From contig NC_091470.1 of NCBI RefSeq assembly GCF_036971445.1, positions 55,738,001 to 55,802,000 on the forward strand: DNA of 64,000 nucleotides, given 5' to 3'. Under the pieces are notes generated by a model. That model worked only from the letters and a program-made list of their open reading frames with translations. It had not been told where the DNA came from and did not search any database. The DNA comes from Narcine bancroftii. Taxonomy: Eukaryota. Below, piece after piece: positions 1-12,308 of this stretch (its first letter is position 1; the number at the start of each line of letters is the position of its first letter). A program made the position numbers and the translations under genes.

Positions 1-944
1 ACTACTGCCTGTGTGGTCGTTCACACTGGGTGCTTTTTTTTAGGCTGCAAGAACCTGAGAGCAACAGTCCTGGGGGTTGGTCATGCAGTTGAGTGGATGA
101 CCGTCAATGAATTTTTCCAGTAAGATTTACACTGCAGGCTTCCTCCAAAAAGTTGTAGGGATCCTGAAGGATAAATTGCTGTGCAGGAATTGACTCAAAA
201 TTCCTGCATTCTTTTTCAGACTGCCCATGTAGCGGCAAAATACCTTGATCGTGCCGTTACATGCCTGCAGTCTAAAAACCATACCAGATACCAATGGAGA
301 AGCCATGGTCAACATGACAAACTTTAGGCATAAAATCCCAACTGCTATTTTGTCACCCATTTTGTACCAGTAAAACCAGAACATTACAATTTAATTTCCC
401 GATATTATACTTCAACTGACTGACTCTGGAAATCCAGAACTTACAACTACATTCAGCAGAAAACATCTCATAATAATTAAAGATTATGGTAGATCTGAAT
501 GCAATAATAACCTATAATCTAAAGAAAACATTATCTTGATGCATTATTCAAAACATACAATGCATGAATTTACCATAGAATTCATTTTAAAATATCTCGT
601 ACTGAATTAATTTAAAATGTCAGTTTGAGAAAGCAAGTTTAAAAACAACAAGAAAAACTGCAGAATCTGGAAACACCAGCAGGTCAGGCATTCATATCTG
701 GTCAGAGATCAGCAGAGAGAAAAAGTTAACCTTCAAGTTGATGCCAATCAGCAGAATAGTTTAAGTCATCAATCTGACATGTTAACCATTTCTCCTTCCA
801 CAGATTCTGCTCTACATGCTGAGTATTTTCCAACAATTTCAGAAAAAAAATTTGCAAATCGCAAGTTTATTTCTGTGTAAGTCAGAATTTGTTTGTGCAG
901 CTAAGATGACAAGTGCAGCACTACAAATAAGGAACAGCCCACTG

Positions 945-1135
945 GAATTTACAGCACAGTAACAAGCTCTTGCCAGCTAAATACCCCAATTTACCTGTAA
1001 TCCCATTATATTTTGAGGGGGTGGAAGGAAACTGAAGCACCCAGAGGAAACCCATGCATACACAGGGAGAGTGTTCGAACTCCTAATAGTGTAGGATTCA
1101 AACCCAGGTCGCTGGCACAGTAAGTGTTGTGCTAC
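945..1135 (-). mobile_element. tRNA-derived SINE (HE1/V-SINE-like), degraded
   Basis: Shares the body 'ggaaggaaactgaagcacccagaggaaacccatgca' and 'ggattcaaacccaggtcgctgg' (B-box on the minus strand) with copies at 28290, 52758 and 55690. Confidence 0.65.
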
Positions 1136-2651
1136 TCGTGGAATGTTCTCTTGAAGTCAACCTTGTCTTCACAGGTCACAAAATGGGGCAGGCTTTGTAG
1201 AAATACTCATAACCGCTTGGACAAAGTCAAGTTTTCTCAGAAGACACACTTTTGGATAGCTAAGGTAGCAGAGCAAGAAATATTAGCACAGACAGCCTCC
1301 AAAGGAGAATTGATCAAACTTTTCTGAGAAAGATTGCACCTGTGGAAAGATTAAAGGAATCACAGGCCTATTTTCAAGGCATTTCTTCAAGGAGTGATGA
1401 AAGTCTGATGAACTAGGTGGTCATCTGATTGAATGTGGCAAGGAATAACAGGGCTACAGGACACAAAATATTTTTAAAGATATGTAAAAAACAAAAGCTA
1501 AAGCCAGTCAGTATTGACCAGATATCTTCAAGGCACATAATGATCACTTGAGGATTGTGATGTCAGAGAGGTGATAATGAATGAAATTAATGGAATGCTG
1601 TAGCTCATTGCCAATGTGCTGATAAAAATACCATACTTTGAACAATCAAGAGTAAATGTGTTGACTACATCCTTGAGATGAATTGCGACTTCCCTTCCCT
1701 ACAAAAAGTAACAAAAAACTGCTCTGTTTGAGCCAAGTACAGATATGCAATTAATTCTGCTCACACTTTCTTTGCAGAGAGAAAATAAGATACCCAATCT
1801 ACCCCCAAACCATCAGCAGGGGTTTTAAATCTCATTGGAATGATAGACTCTTGAACCGTGGGCAGAACAGCAAAAACATGCCAGACCATATACTTCAATT
1901 TCCAATTAGCACTAAAAACGACTCAGTAGCAAAGACACTACAACTAGATGAGGCACTGTATGAAAAAGTCTTCAGCTAAAATCATGCTTCATCAGAAATT
2001 TGGAAGTGTGGTTTTCACACAAATGGATCTTTACCCTTAAATTGAACCACACCCTTAGTGTCACCTTAATCTGCTGATTAATTAATGGTTCTTTATTACC
2101 AATTTAAATTGTAGCCCAATGTTTAAGTTTTGTGATCAGATTTGCATATTACATGGACATTCACAGAAGATTTGACAACAGGATTATATTTAAACCAGTA
2201 AAATGGTTGTTGTCAACAGCGACATATAATCATAAATATTACTTTCCAGAAATTAAAGAACAAAGATTGTTTTCAAGAATCTCTTTAAATCAAGAGAACA
2301 AAAAAACCTTATTTGTATTTACAACTTGAAATTGAGTGCAAAAATAATGTGAATGATCAATATTTCCTAACATTTAAAACCATAGTGGAGCATAATTGGG
2401 CAGTCTAATTACTATTTTGATACCCAAATGAATGGCAAGTCAGTATTTCAATTATTTTCCAAAAATTGCCAAAGGAAAATTCAACACGATAATAGTCCAA
2501 ACATAAAACAAGGCTGCCATTTCCATGCAAAATTCAATGCACAACATGCAAAATTCAATGCACAATACTCACAATGATCAATTGTTGTTGAGATTAAAAT
2601 CAGAATATCTTCAAAAGTAAAGCACATTAAATAGTTATTTACAGAATTGAT

Positions 2652-2977
2652 TCAAAATTCAATCAGATGTGTATATGGACCATTGGTGTCCATTTGCAAC
2701 ACTTGTCTGTTTCCATATGTTCCATGCTTGACCACAACTTGAGCTTCAGCACATTTACTGTTCAATGCCAACTCTTTTTCACATTGAGCTACAAAGAGTG
2801 CATAAAGCTCTTTTCCATCTTCTTTTCCAATATTGTCATGGTATTGCATAGCCCGTCCTTTGATTTTACCACCCAAAGTAGCTTGAGGTATAATGAGAAT
2901 ATTAGCAGGTACATCCAGTACAGACACATGGTTGCCTGTATTATCCTCACAGAGTTTCACATTCAACAATGTTTTAA
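2652..2977 (-). CDS. DTD2: D-aminoacyl-tRNA deacylase 2 / animalia-specific tRNA deacylase (ATD), exon 3 (last, includes stop)
   Basis: Acceptor TTTTTCCTTGCTGCAG; 326 nt; encodes (I)[11 protein letters not shown]...IIPQATLGG...[23 protein letters not shown], containing the ATD signature motifs PQATL and DTNGPYTH. Confidence 0.97.
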
Positions 2978-3299
2978 CTGCAGCAAGGAAAAAAAAATGA
3001 TAGTAAAATGTAAACACTTTCCTATTCCATACAAACTGCTTATCTGTAATACATTTTGGGAAAGCTATCTGAATAAAATTAAAACACAATCTTTTTTTAT
3101 TTCAAGCAAATTTACTTCGTCATTTTTTGTCTTTAAAACTGGTTTTCAATTGTTTGTGGGATGTACTGATCAGTGCTGTGATTGCAATGACCTGGAAAAT
3201 GGTGGTATGTTTCAATAAGTGAGCTAAGTTGTACTTTATGGCAATTGAAATTGATATCACTTTTAAGTGAGCTCCTTCCTTTCACTAAACATCACCCAC

Positions 3300-4185
3300 A
3301 ATCAAGGATTAAGTTTTTGGTCTTCAATATTTTTGACTTGATTAACTGCAACATAATTCTGGTTACTAAGTTTGTAGATAACACCAAAATTGTTTAAGAG
3401 GTGGACAGTGAAGATGATCCATTCTGATTTCATCAGAATATTCATCAACTGGAAAAATGGGCCAGGGAATGGGACACGGAATTTAATTCAGACAAGTAGG
3501 AGGTATTGTGTTTTGGCAAGTTAAACCAGGGCAGGACATGCACTGCAAATGGTAAGGACTCAAGAGAATGTTGTCCCAGAGAATGAGGATACAGGAACAT
3601 AGTTCCTTGAAAGTGGCAATGCAAGTACACAAGGTAGTGAAGGTCACATTTGGCGTCCTTGGTTTCATTGATCAAAGCATTTAATACAAGAGTTAGGCTA
3701 TCACATTACAGTTCTACAAGACATTGGTGAGACCATACCCAAGCAATTGTGGTCACCTACACCAAGAAAAACATCATCAAGCTGGAGAGGGTGCAAAATA
3801 GATTCACAAGGGTGTGTTTCACGGCTTGAATTATAAGAATGGGAACATTTTTCCCCATGGAGAACATGAGGCTGAGGGGTGATCTTAGAAATTTGTAAAA
3901 TCATGAGGAGCACAGCAAAGATAAATAGTCAGTCCTTATCCCAGGACATGAGAATCTAAAACTAGGGGGCACAGAGGGGAGGAAGGGAAGTTTCAAAGGT
4001 AGAACATGAAGTGAAAAGGAAGTGATAGAGAGATGCCATTGCAATATTTAAAAGACATTTAGATTGGTATATAGATAGAAATCCTTCAGAAGAATCTGGA
4101 GCAAAGGATTATCTTAAGTAGATAACTTGGTCAGCTTGAATAAATTGGGCCAAAGGGCTTGCTTCCATGCTATAAAACTGTAACA
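3300..4185 (+). mobile_element. CR1 LINE 3' fragment, degraded
   Basis: Remnant KF(A/V)DNTK RT motif near 3368, 'ggaatttaattcagacaag...gtattgtgttttggc', and 'ctggagagggtgcaaaatagattcacaagg', all typical of the CR1 ORF2 3' half. Confidence 0.75.
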
Positions 4186-4634
4186 GGATGTTGCCTGGCA
4201 GTAATAATAGAAAATGGAACCCCTCCAAACTTTCCCAAACAAAATCAAATTCAAGCCTTTCATGTGATCAAAATTATTTAAGGTATCCAATGTATACTTT
4301 AACACGTGTTGAATACTTTATTATTCACAATTTGACATTTTCCTGCAAACTGGAAATGCATGATTTTTTAATTAACCCCCTATTTTCACTTCCACATATA
4401 TTTCTCAAAGACTATTTATCTCTCATGCATTCCATCCAACTTCAACAGTAATGTCTTCAACCATCTATGCTAGGTGCTATGATTTCATTATGAATCTTGA
4501 GATCATTCCTCTTCATCTCTACTTTCAGCTTCAAAAACTCATCCTTCCTGGGCTTCTCCTTTCACGGTGTCAATTAAGTTCCTGTGAACTGCCAAAGGCT
4601 ATTTTCCAACAGGTATTTGAAACTGTGATTATTA

Positions 4635-5390
4635 CTGCATTCAGGGTTTTAATTTTTTTTTAAATTTCAAAAATATACTTTATTCACAATTTAAAAAAAA
4701 ATGAAAATAGTTTTTTCACATTTTTGGTGTCAGGTTTGTAAATGCATTCCTTTATAGAGATATTTATTTTACTGCATAAGCATCATTGCCATTAATATGA
4801 CCAATTATGGTAACACCCCTCTCTTGTTTGAGGGACTCAGCCCCTCAATTCCCAGTAATGGAAGGACAGGGTCCAGTAGCCTGGAATGTGCCAGTCAGCA
4901 GTATTCCCTCTCAGTCATCAATGCGTGTTGAAAGACCAACCAAAAGGCCAGACCAAAAGGCATCTTTCACAAAGTTGATGATCTTCCAGCAATTCTGGAT
5001 GTCTGTCTCTATGAGCATCCCAAGCTGCTGCTGGGGATGAGCCATGATAAGGACCTTTGCATCCTTCTCCACACACTCTTAGCGAATCTTCATTCTGTAA
5101 AGAGGTGGGTGACTATCTTCACTCCACCTCAGTTATCTTGAGGACAACTTGCGATGGAATTATGGTTAAATGTGTTTGGAAAAAAAAAATTCCACAGCGG
5201 AGATGTGGTGTGGCAAAGCCCAGCTGACTAGGACAATGTGCAGAAATGGGGCCAGGCCCATCCTTTGCAACACTTGGAACAGGTAGAACCTTGGCACATG
5301 GTGCCCTTGTACTTCGGTTCCACGCAGCCTGATGGAGTCACACAAAGGTGGTCATCTCACGTTTGCCCCTATTGTCTGAAGACTTGAATA
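4635..5390 (-). mobile_element. Tx1-like (L1 clade) LINE 3' fragment
   Basis: T-rich tail with tttatt at about 4635-4685; degraded cysteine-rich C-terminal region; related to the plus-strand fragment at 57550-58010. Confidence 0.55.
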
Positions 5391-5406
5391 TGATTGAATA
5401 TGAATC

Positions 5407-7681
5407 CAAAATTCTATCATGGCAGCTTAAGACAGAACAAACTAAGAGAATGGTATTGGCATCAAGGAAAAAAGACAAACAAATCACATATAATCCAACG
5501 GAGATTAATGAAAACTTCAGAGAATTCTACGAACAATTATACCAAACTGAAAACGAAGGGAAAGAAGACAAAATAGATGAATTTTTAACTAAAATTGAAC
5601 TAACAAAATCACAAATAGAGCAACAAAATAAATTAACAGAACCATTTGAAATAGTAGAAATACAAGAGATAATAAAAAAACTACCAAATAATAAAACACC
5701 AGGAGAGGATGGATTCCCAATAGAATTCTATAAAACATTTAAAGATTTATTAATTCCTCCCCTCCTGGAAGTAATCAACCAGATTGATAAAACATAAAGC
5801 TTACCAGATTCATGCAAAACAGCAATAATTACAGTAATACCAAAGACAGGGAAAGATCCACTTGCACCAGCGTCATATAGACCAATATCTTTACTTAACA
5901 CAGATTATAAGATAATAGCTAAACTATTAGCAAACAGATTAGCCGACTATGTACCAAAAATAGTAAATCTAGACCAAACTGGATTTATTAAAAAAAGACG
6001 AACAACAGACAATATTTGTAAATTTATTAACTTAATTCATGCAGTAGAAGGAAATAAAGCTCCAACAGTAGCGGTGGCTTTAGATGCAGAGAAGGCCTTT
6101 GACAGAGTAGAGTGGAATTATTTATTCAAAGTACTACAAAAATTCAGCTTACCAGAGAAATATATTAATTGGATTAAAGCATTATATAACGGGCCATTGG
6201 CGAAAGTGACAGTAAATGGATATATATCAAAACAATTTAATTTAAGCAGATCAACAAGGCAGGGATCCCCACTATCGCCCTTATTGTTCGCGTTAGCCAT
6301 AGAACCACTAGCAAAACTGATAAGAACAGAAAATAAAATAAAAGGGATAAAAATAAAAGACAAGGAATATAAAATCAGTTTATTTGCAGATGACGTTATA
6401 GTATACTTAACAGAACTAGAAATATCAATAAAAGAATTACATAAGAAATTGAAGGAATATGGAGAAGTGTCGGGTTACAAGATTAACGCAAATAAAAGTG
6501 AAGCAATGCCAGTGAATAATGTGGATTTCTCAAAATTTAAGAAAGAATCACCATTCAGATGGCAAATGCAAACAATACGATACCTAGGTATACAAATAAA
6601 TAAAAACCTCGGCCATCTATATAAACTCAATTATTATCCACTAATGAAAAAAATTACAGGACGACTTAGAGCATTTGAAAGACATACCACTAACACTAAT
6701 AGGAAGGATAAACTGTATTAAAATGAACATTTTCCCAAGGATACAATACCTATTTCAGGCATTGCCAATATGTATATTAAACTGCAAGAAATGGAGAATG
6801 AGGAAACAAATGGTAAAACTAAACAAAAATGGGAACAAGATTTAAATATAAAGATAAAGAAGGAAACATGGGAGAAGTTATGCTCTGGAACGATGAGAAA
6901 TACAATAAATATGAGGTTACGTATGATACAATATAACTTGATACACAGGCTATACATTACACCTCTAAATTTAAATAAATGGGATCCAACAGTATCTGAC
7001 AGATGTTTTCGCTGCAAAAAGGAAATGGGAACAATTCATGCAATCTGGACATGTGAGAAAATGAAAAAATTTTGGGAAGATCTAAACCAGATATTAAATA
7101 AAATCACAAAAAGCAATATACCAAAAAACCCAGAGATCTTCCTCCTAAGTAACATACAAAATAAAGAATTTGGACTTGATTTGGATGGTGCACAAAAAAG
7201 ATTTGTTAAGATAGCTCTAGCCGTAGCAAAAAAAATGTATTATGTCAACCTGGAAATTGGAAGATAATTTGAGAATACAACAATGGTATGTAGAAATGAA
7301 TAAATGTATTCCATTAGAAAAAATAACATATAATTTAAGAAATAATATTACAATATTTGAACAAATATGGGAGCCATACATGAAACACAATGGAGAAAAC
7401 CTACCGGGGACATCTACCACCTAAAATGACAGAAGAAGGGAATGAAAAGGATTGACTCAGTGAAAATTCTTGTTTGTTTTTATTGAGTGACAACATTGTT
7501 TTGACGGGTTTAATGTATCTTAGATTCTGAACTTTAAATGAATGGGAGGGGAGGTAGGGAGAGTGGGATGGGAAGTGGGGGGGGGGGGGAAGAAAACGAC
7601 ACTGTATATATTTGAAAAGGAAAATGTATGTATCTTGATCAATGTGGTTTATAGTGTGAAAAATAAAAAAAAATTAAAAAA
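5407..7681 (+). mobile_element. 5'-truncated L1-clade LINE (ORF2 RT and C-terminal domain, disabled)
   Basis: KTPGEDGFPIEFYK, YRPISLLNTDYKIIAK, ALDAEKAFDRVEW, RQGSPLSPLLF, LFADD and CFRCKKEMGTIHAIWTC; stop at 5795, frameshift near 6650, internal deletion near 6767; G-rich 3' UTR, AATAAA with poly(A) at 7662-7681; candidate TSD ATGAATC (5400-5406 / 7682-7688). Confidence 0.93.
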
Positions 7682-7764
7682 ATGAATCTTGGATTTCCAT
7701 ATGAACGGGAAGGCTGCTCTGGTAACTGACTGCAATAATGTATCATTAATATTGATATACTCAC

Positions 7765-7834
7765 TCATTTTTGGAATGAGGTCTACAGTAGCCCCTTTAA
7801 AAAAACAAACGTAGATCAATGTCCCTCTTTGTAT
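7765..7834 (-). CDS. DTD2: DTD2 exon 2
   Basis: TTTTGCAG acceptor and GTGAGT donor; 70 nt; IQRGTLIYVCFFKGATVDLIPKM; phases 0/1 fit exons 1 and 3. Confidence 0.96.
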
Positions 7835-8009
7835 CTGCAAAATAGGAAAATAACTATAAAATATCAACAAAATCCCCCACCCCCATGAAATTCAAGAGTA
7901 GCCGACCGGGTCGAGGGAAAACAATTTGAAACTGTTCCTCCACCCATCCGAAACTTGGAGCTGGTTCCCAAGAGCCTTAATGAAGGGAAAAGCTATCTCC
8001 TGTCGGAAC

Positions 8010-8099
8010 CTGAACGTATTCAGCCGCTCTGTCCCCTTCGGCCGGCTTCACCTGCAGCCGAGCCGAAAGACACTGCTGCAACATCACGCGAGCCGCCAT
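8010..8099 (-). CDS. DTD2: DTD2 exon 1 (coding part)
   Basis: ATG at 8099; [30 protein letters not shown]; donor CAG|GTTCCG; total CDS 486 nt = 161 aa. Confidence 0.93.
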
Positions 8100-8200
8100 T
8101 GAAACCAAGAAGAACGGACAGCAGTTCCGCCGGAAACGGGAAGTGAAGTCATTGCCTGGGAAGTTCCCCCACACCCTCCTCCCAGTGAGGAATGCGAAGA
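8100..8200 (-). promoter_or_regulatory. DTD2 proximal promoter (CpG-rich, ETS-like motifs)
   Basis: CpG-rich stretch with CCGGAAA and GGAAGTG at about 8130-8146, immediately upstream of the start codon. Confidence 0.5.
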
Positions 8201-10179
8201 GGGGTCAAGCTGTGGACAGGGCTCTTGCTGCGCTGTGTAATGTCTGGACGTGAAGCCTCGGCAGGTTGAAATGACATGCCCAGCCAGATTTACCTCTTTG
8301 GACGTGAGTGCCAATAATTGCGTGACCAAAAAACAAAACAATGCCGCTGTAGGGAAAAATAAAACTGCTCTTCTTTCTGAATTCGGCGGTCATGGTTCCT
8401 GGCTGAGCCGATGTTCTCTTACAGAAGTTTATCATGTCTTTCGCAAGTTTGTACCGATGACCTATTAATGGAAATGTGTGAATGACTCAGTGAGGATCAC
8501 TCGGCATGACCTGACGTTAATCTAATGTTGGGGTTTTTCTGGGGATTGAGTGATCCTCTTCTTCCAGTACCATGAACAATAGATGTTAAGCTGGTCATTG
8601 CGCATTTTCTCTCCCTAGTTTCCGAGCAATTTCACCATCAAAATAACTGCATTGTTCGCAGTGGGTGGGTACAATCTTGTTCTTGCAGGTGCGTCACCTT
8701 TTATTACAAGATTTTCTTTTTATCACCACGCGAATTAATTTTGTTGAGAATCCAACCTCCCACATCTCTGACTTGATAGGTTTTCAGTTTGGCATGGAAT
8801 CCTCTTGCTCTCACTACTGACCAAAGTAATTTTTTTATTCGCTCTGTATTGCAAAGTTTGTTTACACTCGTTACACTGATGCCCCACAATGGCTCCCCAT
8901 CGACCCTTCCGTTGTCCAACTGACAAGACATTAAGACTCAATTAAGTGTTGAATGTGAAATAATAGATTAAAAATTCTGTTTTCATCCAGGCCAGACCCC
9001 ACAACTACGTTAAATATAACTTTTTTTCATTTATGGTGGGGGCCTAATTTAGCTGCACCATGGTAAATCCGATACTGGGAAAAAAAAACTCTTATTTGTT
9101 TCTGATTTTTGGACACTGTATATTTGCATCAACAAAACCATTACATGGGGCCTGCCTGAAGAACAAGAAGCAATCATTTATTAGATCTTCAAGGATACAT
9201 CATCAAGATATAATTCTTGAAACAAGTATACAAAACAAGTTATTGGCAGAGCATTGATGAAGATTAAACACTGAAGGGATGAAAATGCCTAAACGATTAT
9301 CACATATTTATGGTAAAATATGAAATTGGTTGCATAGAAATTCCACAAGCAAGTCAACTCGGCCTGCAAAGAAATGACTGATCACTAACAAATTATTGTG
9401 TGAAGATACAACTCATGAGAGAGAAAAAAGGCAAGCGAGAACCTTCAGCAGAAGGGACTGTTGAGAAAAAAGACAACACAGATACTCAGGAACAAATTGC
9501 CAAGATTTCAATGGCGTCTGTGACTATCATTGATTTTAAAAAAGTTGCTCTTTATACAGTAATCAGAAAAGCCAGATTTGTTGTTGGAGTTGAAACCTTG
9601 TCTTTTCAATCGCATGGATGATTTACATACACATTACGTCTCTATATTCATAACATGAATACATGTTTGACAATTTTAACAAATGTACTAAAATTGCTTT
9701 TTTTTAAGCACATCTGTTAATTTTGTATTTTGAGGCAAAAATATATTGAAGTTGAATAATTGTATTTAAGCAAACTGAACAATAACAAAAACAGTGGGAA
9801 AATAGTAAACAAAAATAAAGGAAATCTAAATATATGATGGAACAAGCGAGTTTGGTGAGACACTAATGTACAATCATTCAAACTGTATTTTTTCAACAAC
9901 TGTAAGGCTAATTATCTCAGCCAGGAAACAAGCAGGTTTTGTTAACCGTTCAATCTTCTGCAAATCCTTCAATATTTTAATTATGGAGAATTGGAATCAG
10001 GCCATTTAGCAGTTAAATATTTTCCATTTTCCAGTGAAACTGAACAAGCCAGAATAAAATAATATCCAGAGAGAAGTAGAGAAACTCAAGTCACAAAGAA
10101 ACATTTTATTGATATTTAGAGAACTGAACATTTGGAATTGAAGAAATACAAAACATCTGGATACAAATGATTTCAATCA

Positions 10180-10695
10180 GGCAGAAAAGGCTGGTCGTGT
10201 TTGACAAATTTTATTGAGTTATTTGAGGATATAATGAATGGAGTGGATAAAAGAGAACAGATGAATGTTGCCAATGTGGGATTTCTAGAAGGGTTGATGC
10301 TGGACCCGCATCTCTTCATGACGATATACATTAACAATTTGGGACAGGGGATCAAGTGTAGCATATCTAAATTTGCTGATGACATAAAATTGAATGGAAA
10401 AGCAAATTGGGCAGAGGATGCAGAGATAGATTAAGTGGGTGGGCAAGAGTCTGGAAGATGAAGTATGATGTTGATAAATGCAAGGTTATCCACTTTGGAA
10501 GGAAAAATAGTGGATTTTAAATGGTGAATGATTGAAGTATATTCTTGTGCAGAGGGACTTGTGAATGCTTGTGCATGAGTCACAAAAGGTTGGTTGCAGG
10601 TACAACAGTTAATTAAGAATGCAAATAAGCTATTGGCCTTCATTGCCAGAGAGATAGAATTTAAGAGCAGGGAGGTTCTGCTGCAACTGCCACAG
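10180..10695 (+). mobile_element. CR1 LINE fragment
   Basis: ORF 10201-10434 retains TNFIELFEDI...IYINNL...ISKFADDIKL. Confidence 0.8.
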
Positions 10696-11997
10696 TGAAC
10701 AAAGCACATCAGCACTTTACTTTCCCAGGTATCTGTGGAGGTTCAGTACAACATCGGAAACCATGGCAAACTTCCATAGATAATGTAATTGAAAGTGTGC
10801 TGACCAGCTGCATCACAGCCTAGTATGAGAGCACTAATACCTGAGCGAAAAACCCTGCAAATGTTAGTGGACACAGCCTAGTACATCACAGACAAAACTT
10901 TCCCCACCATCAAGAACATCAACATGGAACGTTGTTGTCATCAGAGAGCAGCAGAAATGATCAAGGATCCACACCACCCAGGTCACGCTATATTCTCGCT
11001 GCTGCCATCAGGTCCATGTGCCACTTGCCTCCAGGGTCAAGAATAGATGCTATCCTTCAACTATCAAACTCCAAAACAACAGTCTAATTCAGAGACTCAA
11101 GAACTTGTACTTTGCGCATTATTTATATATATATATATATATATATAAAAAAACAGACTCGCCAAGGCAAATAGCGCCTTTGGAAGACTACACAAAAAAG
11201 TCTGGAAAAACAACCAACTGAAAAACCTCACAAAGATTAGCGTATACAGAGCCGTTGTCATACCCACACTCCTGTTCGGCTCCGAATCATGTGTCCTCTA
11301 CCGGCATCACCTACAGCTCCTAGAACGCTTCCATCAGCGTTGTCTCCGCTCCATCCTCAACATTCATTGGAGCGACTTCATCTCCAACATCGAAGTACTC
11401 GAGATGGCAGAGGCCGACAGCATCGAATCCACGCTGCTGAAGATCAAACTACGCTGGGTAGGTCACATCTCCAGAATGGAGGACCATCGCCTTCCCAAGA
11501 TCGTGTTATATGGCGAGCTCTCCACTGGCCACCGAGACAGAGGTGCACCAAAGAAGAGGTACAAGGACTGCCTAAAGAAATCTCTTGGTGCCTGCCACAT
11601 TGACCTCACATCGCCTCAAACTGTGCATCTTGGCGCCTCACAGTTCGGCGGGCAGCAACCTCCTTTGAAGAAGACCAGAGCCCATCTCACTGACAAAAGA
11701 CAAAGGAGGAAAAACCCAACACCCAACCCCAACCAACCAATTTTCCCTTGCAACTGCTGCAACCGTGTCTGCCTGTCCCGCATCGGACTTGTCAGCCACA
11801 AACGAGCCTGCAGCTGACGTGGACATTACCCCTCCATAAATCTTCGTCCGCGAAGCCAAGCCAAAGAAAGAAAGAAGAAACACACACATATATCAATTTG
11901 CACAGTTGTGTACATTTCTTTCTTCTGAAATTCTGCCAGGCACACAGCATAAAAAAAAACCTCAGGATTGTATGTACTCTGACATTAAATTTGAACT
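10695..11997 (+). mobile_element. Rex1/Babar-type LINE 3' end, interrupted by an RTE element (11150-11880)
   Basis: 'gaaagtgtgctgaccagctgcatcacagcctagtatg' and 'atcaaggatccacaccacccaggtcacgc'; the tail 'gacattaaatttgaact' resumes after the RTE insert. Confidence 0.7.
11150..11880 (+). mobile_element. RTE/BovB-like LINE 3' fragment, young
   Basis: VYRAVVIPTLLFGSES...LLERFHQRCLRSIL...LRWVGHISRMEDHRLPKIVLYGEL...PKKRYKDCLK, then CNCCNRVCLSRIGLVSH; (GAAA/GAA)n tail; CpGs retained; sits next to a (TA)n run at 11124-11147. Confidence 0.9.
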
Positions 11998-12302
11998 GGA
12001 CAGGGTACTGAAGAAGCCGCAGCTGTGTGTAGTTCTGGACTCCTTCCTTGAAAAAAAATATACTGACCCAAAATGTCGACTTCAGTTTGCTTTCCGTGGA
12101 TGGTTCATGATCTGGCGAGGCTCTCCAGCATTTTTGTTAACTGCACTAGACCACAGCAACTGCAGATATCTTGTTTATCACTTTGTCTCTTCTAAGGTAA
12201 ACTCAAAGAAATTCTTCCATTATTTCTCCCTCTGCTTTGACATTTGCATGATCTCAACACATAAATATGGAACACTATGAAACCAAAGTTTAACACTAAT
12301 AT

Positions 12303-12308
12303 TTTATT
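12303..12308 (-). terminator. Candidate poly(A) signal of the Myb/SANT gene
   Basis: AATAAA on the minus strand at the end of a 1.9-kb repeat-free AT-rich tract downstream of the stop at 14221. Confidence 0.4.

Noticed and set aside
13-285. ggtcgttcacactg ... cagtctaaaaacc, resembling Harbinger-type MITE ends
   Set aside because: The window starts inside the element and the ends are too degenerate; it cannot be linked to the Myb/SANT gene 14 kb away.
1135-1760. Purine-rich, coding-looking stretch (ORF 1124-1327)
   Set aside because: No recognisable motif, frequent stops and no convincing splice sites.
2524-2565. 21-bp tandem duplication catgcaaaattcaatgcacaa in the DTD2 3' region
   Set aside because: Ordinary slippage duplication with only two units and no spacers.
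2667-3218. 183-aa plus-strand ORF
   Set aside because: Antisense shadow of DTD2 exon 3 with no recognisable domain.
9120-9530. Possible decayed helical or winged-helix pseudogene frame (INKTITWGLPEEQE...QVIGRALMKIK...)
   Set aside because: Stop density is about what random AT-rich DNA gives, and I recognise no family.
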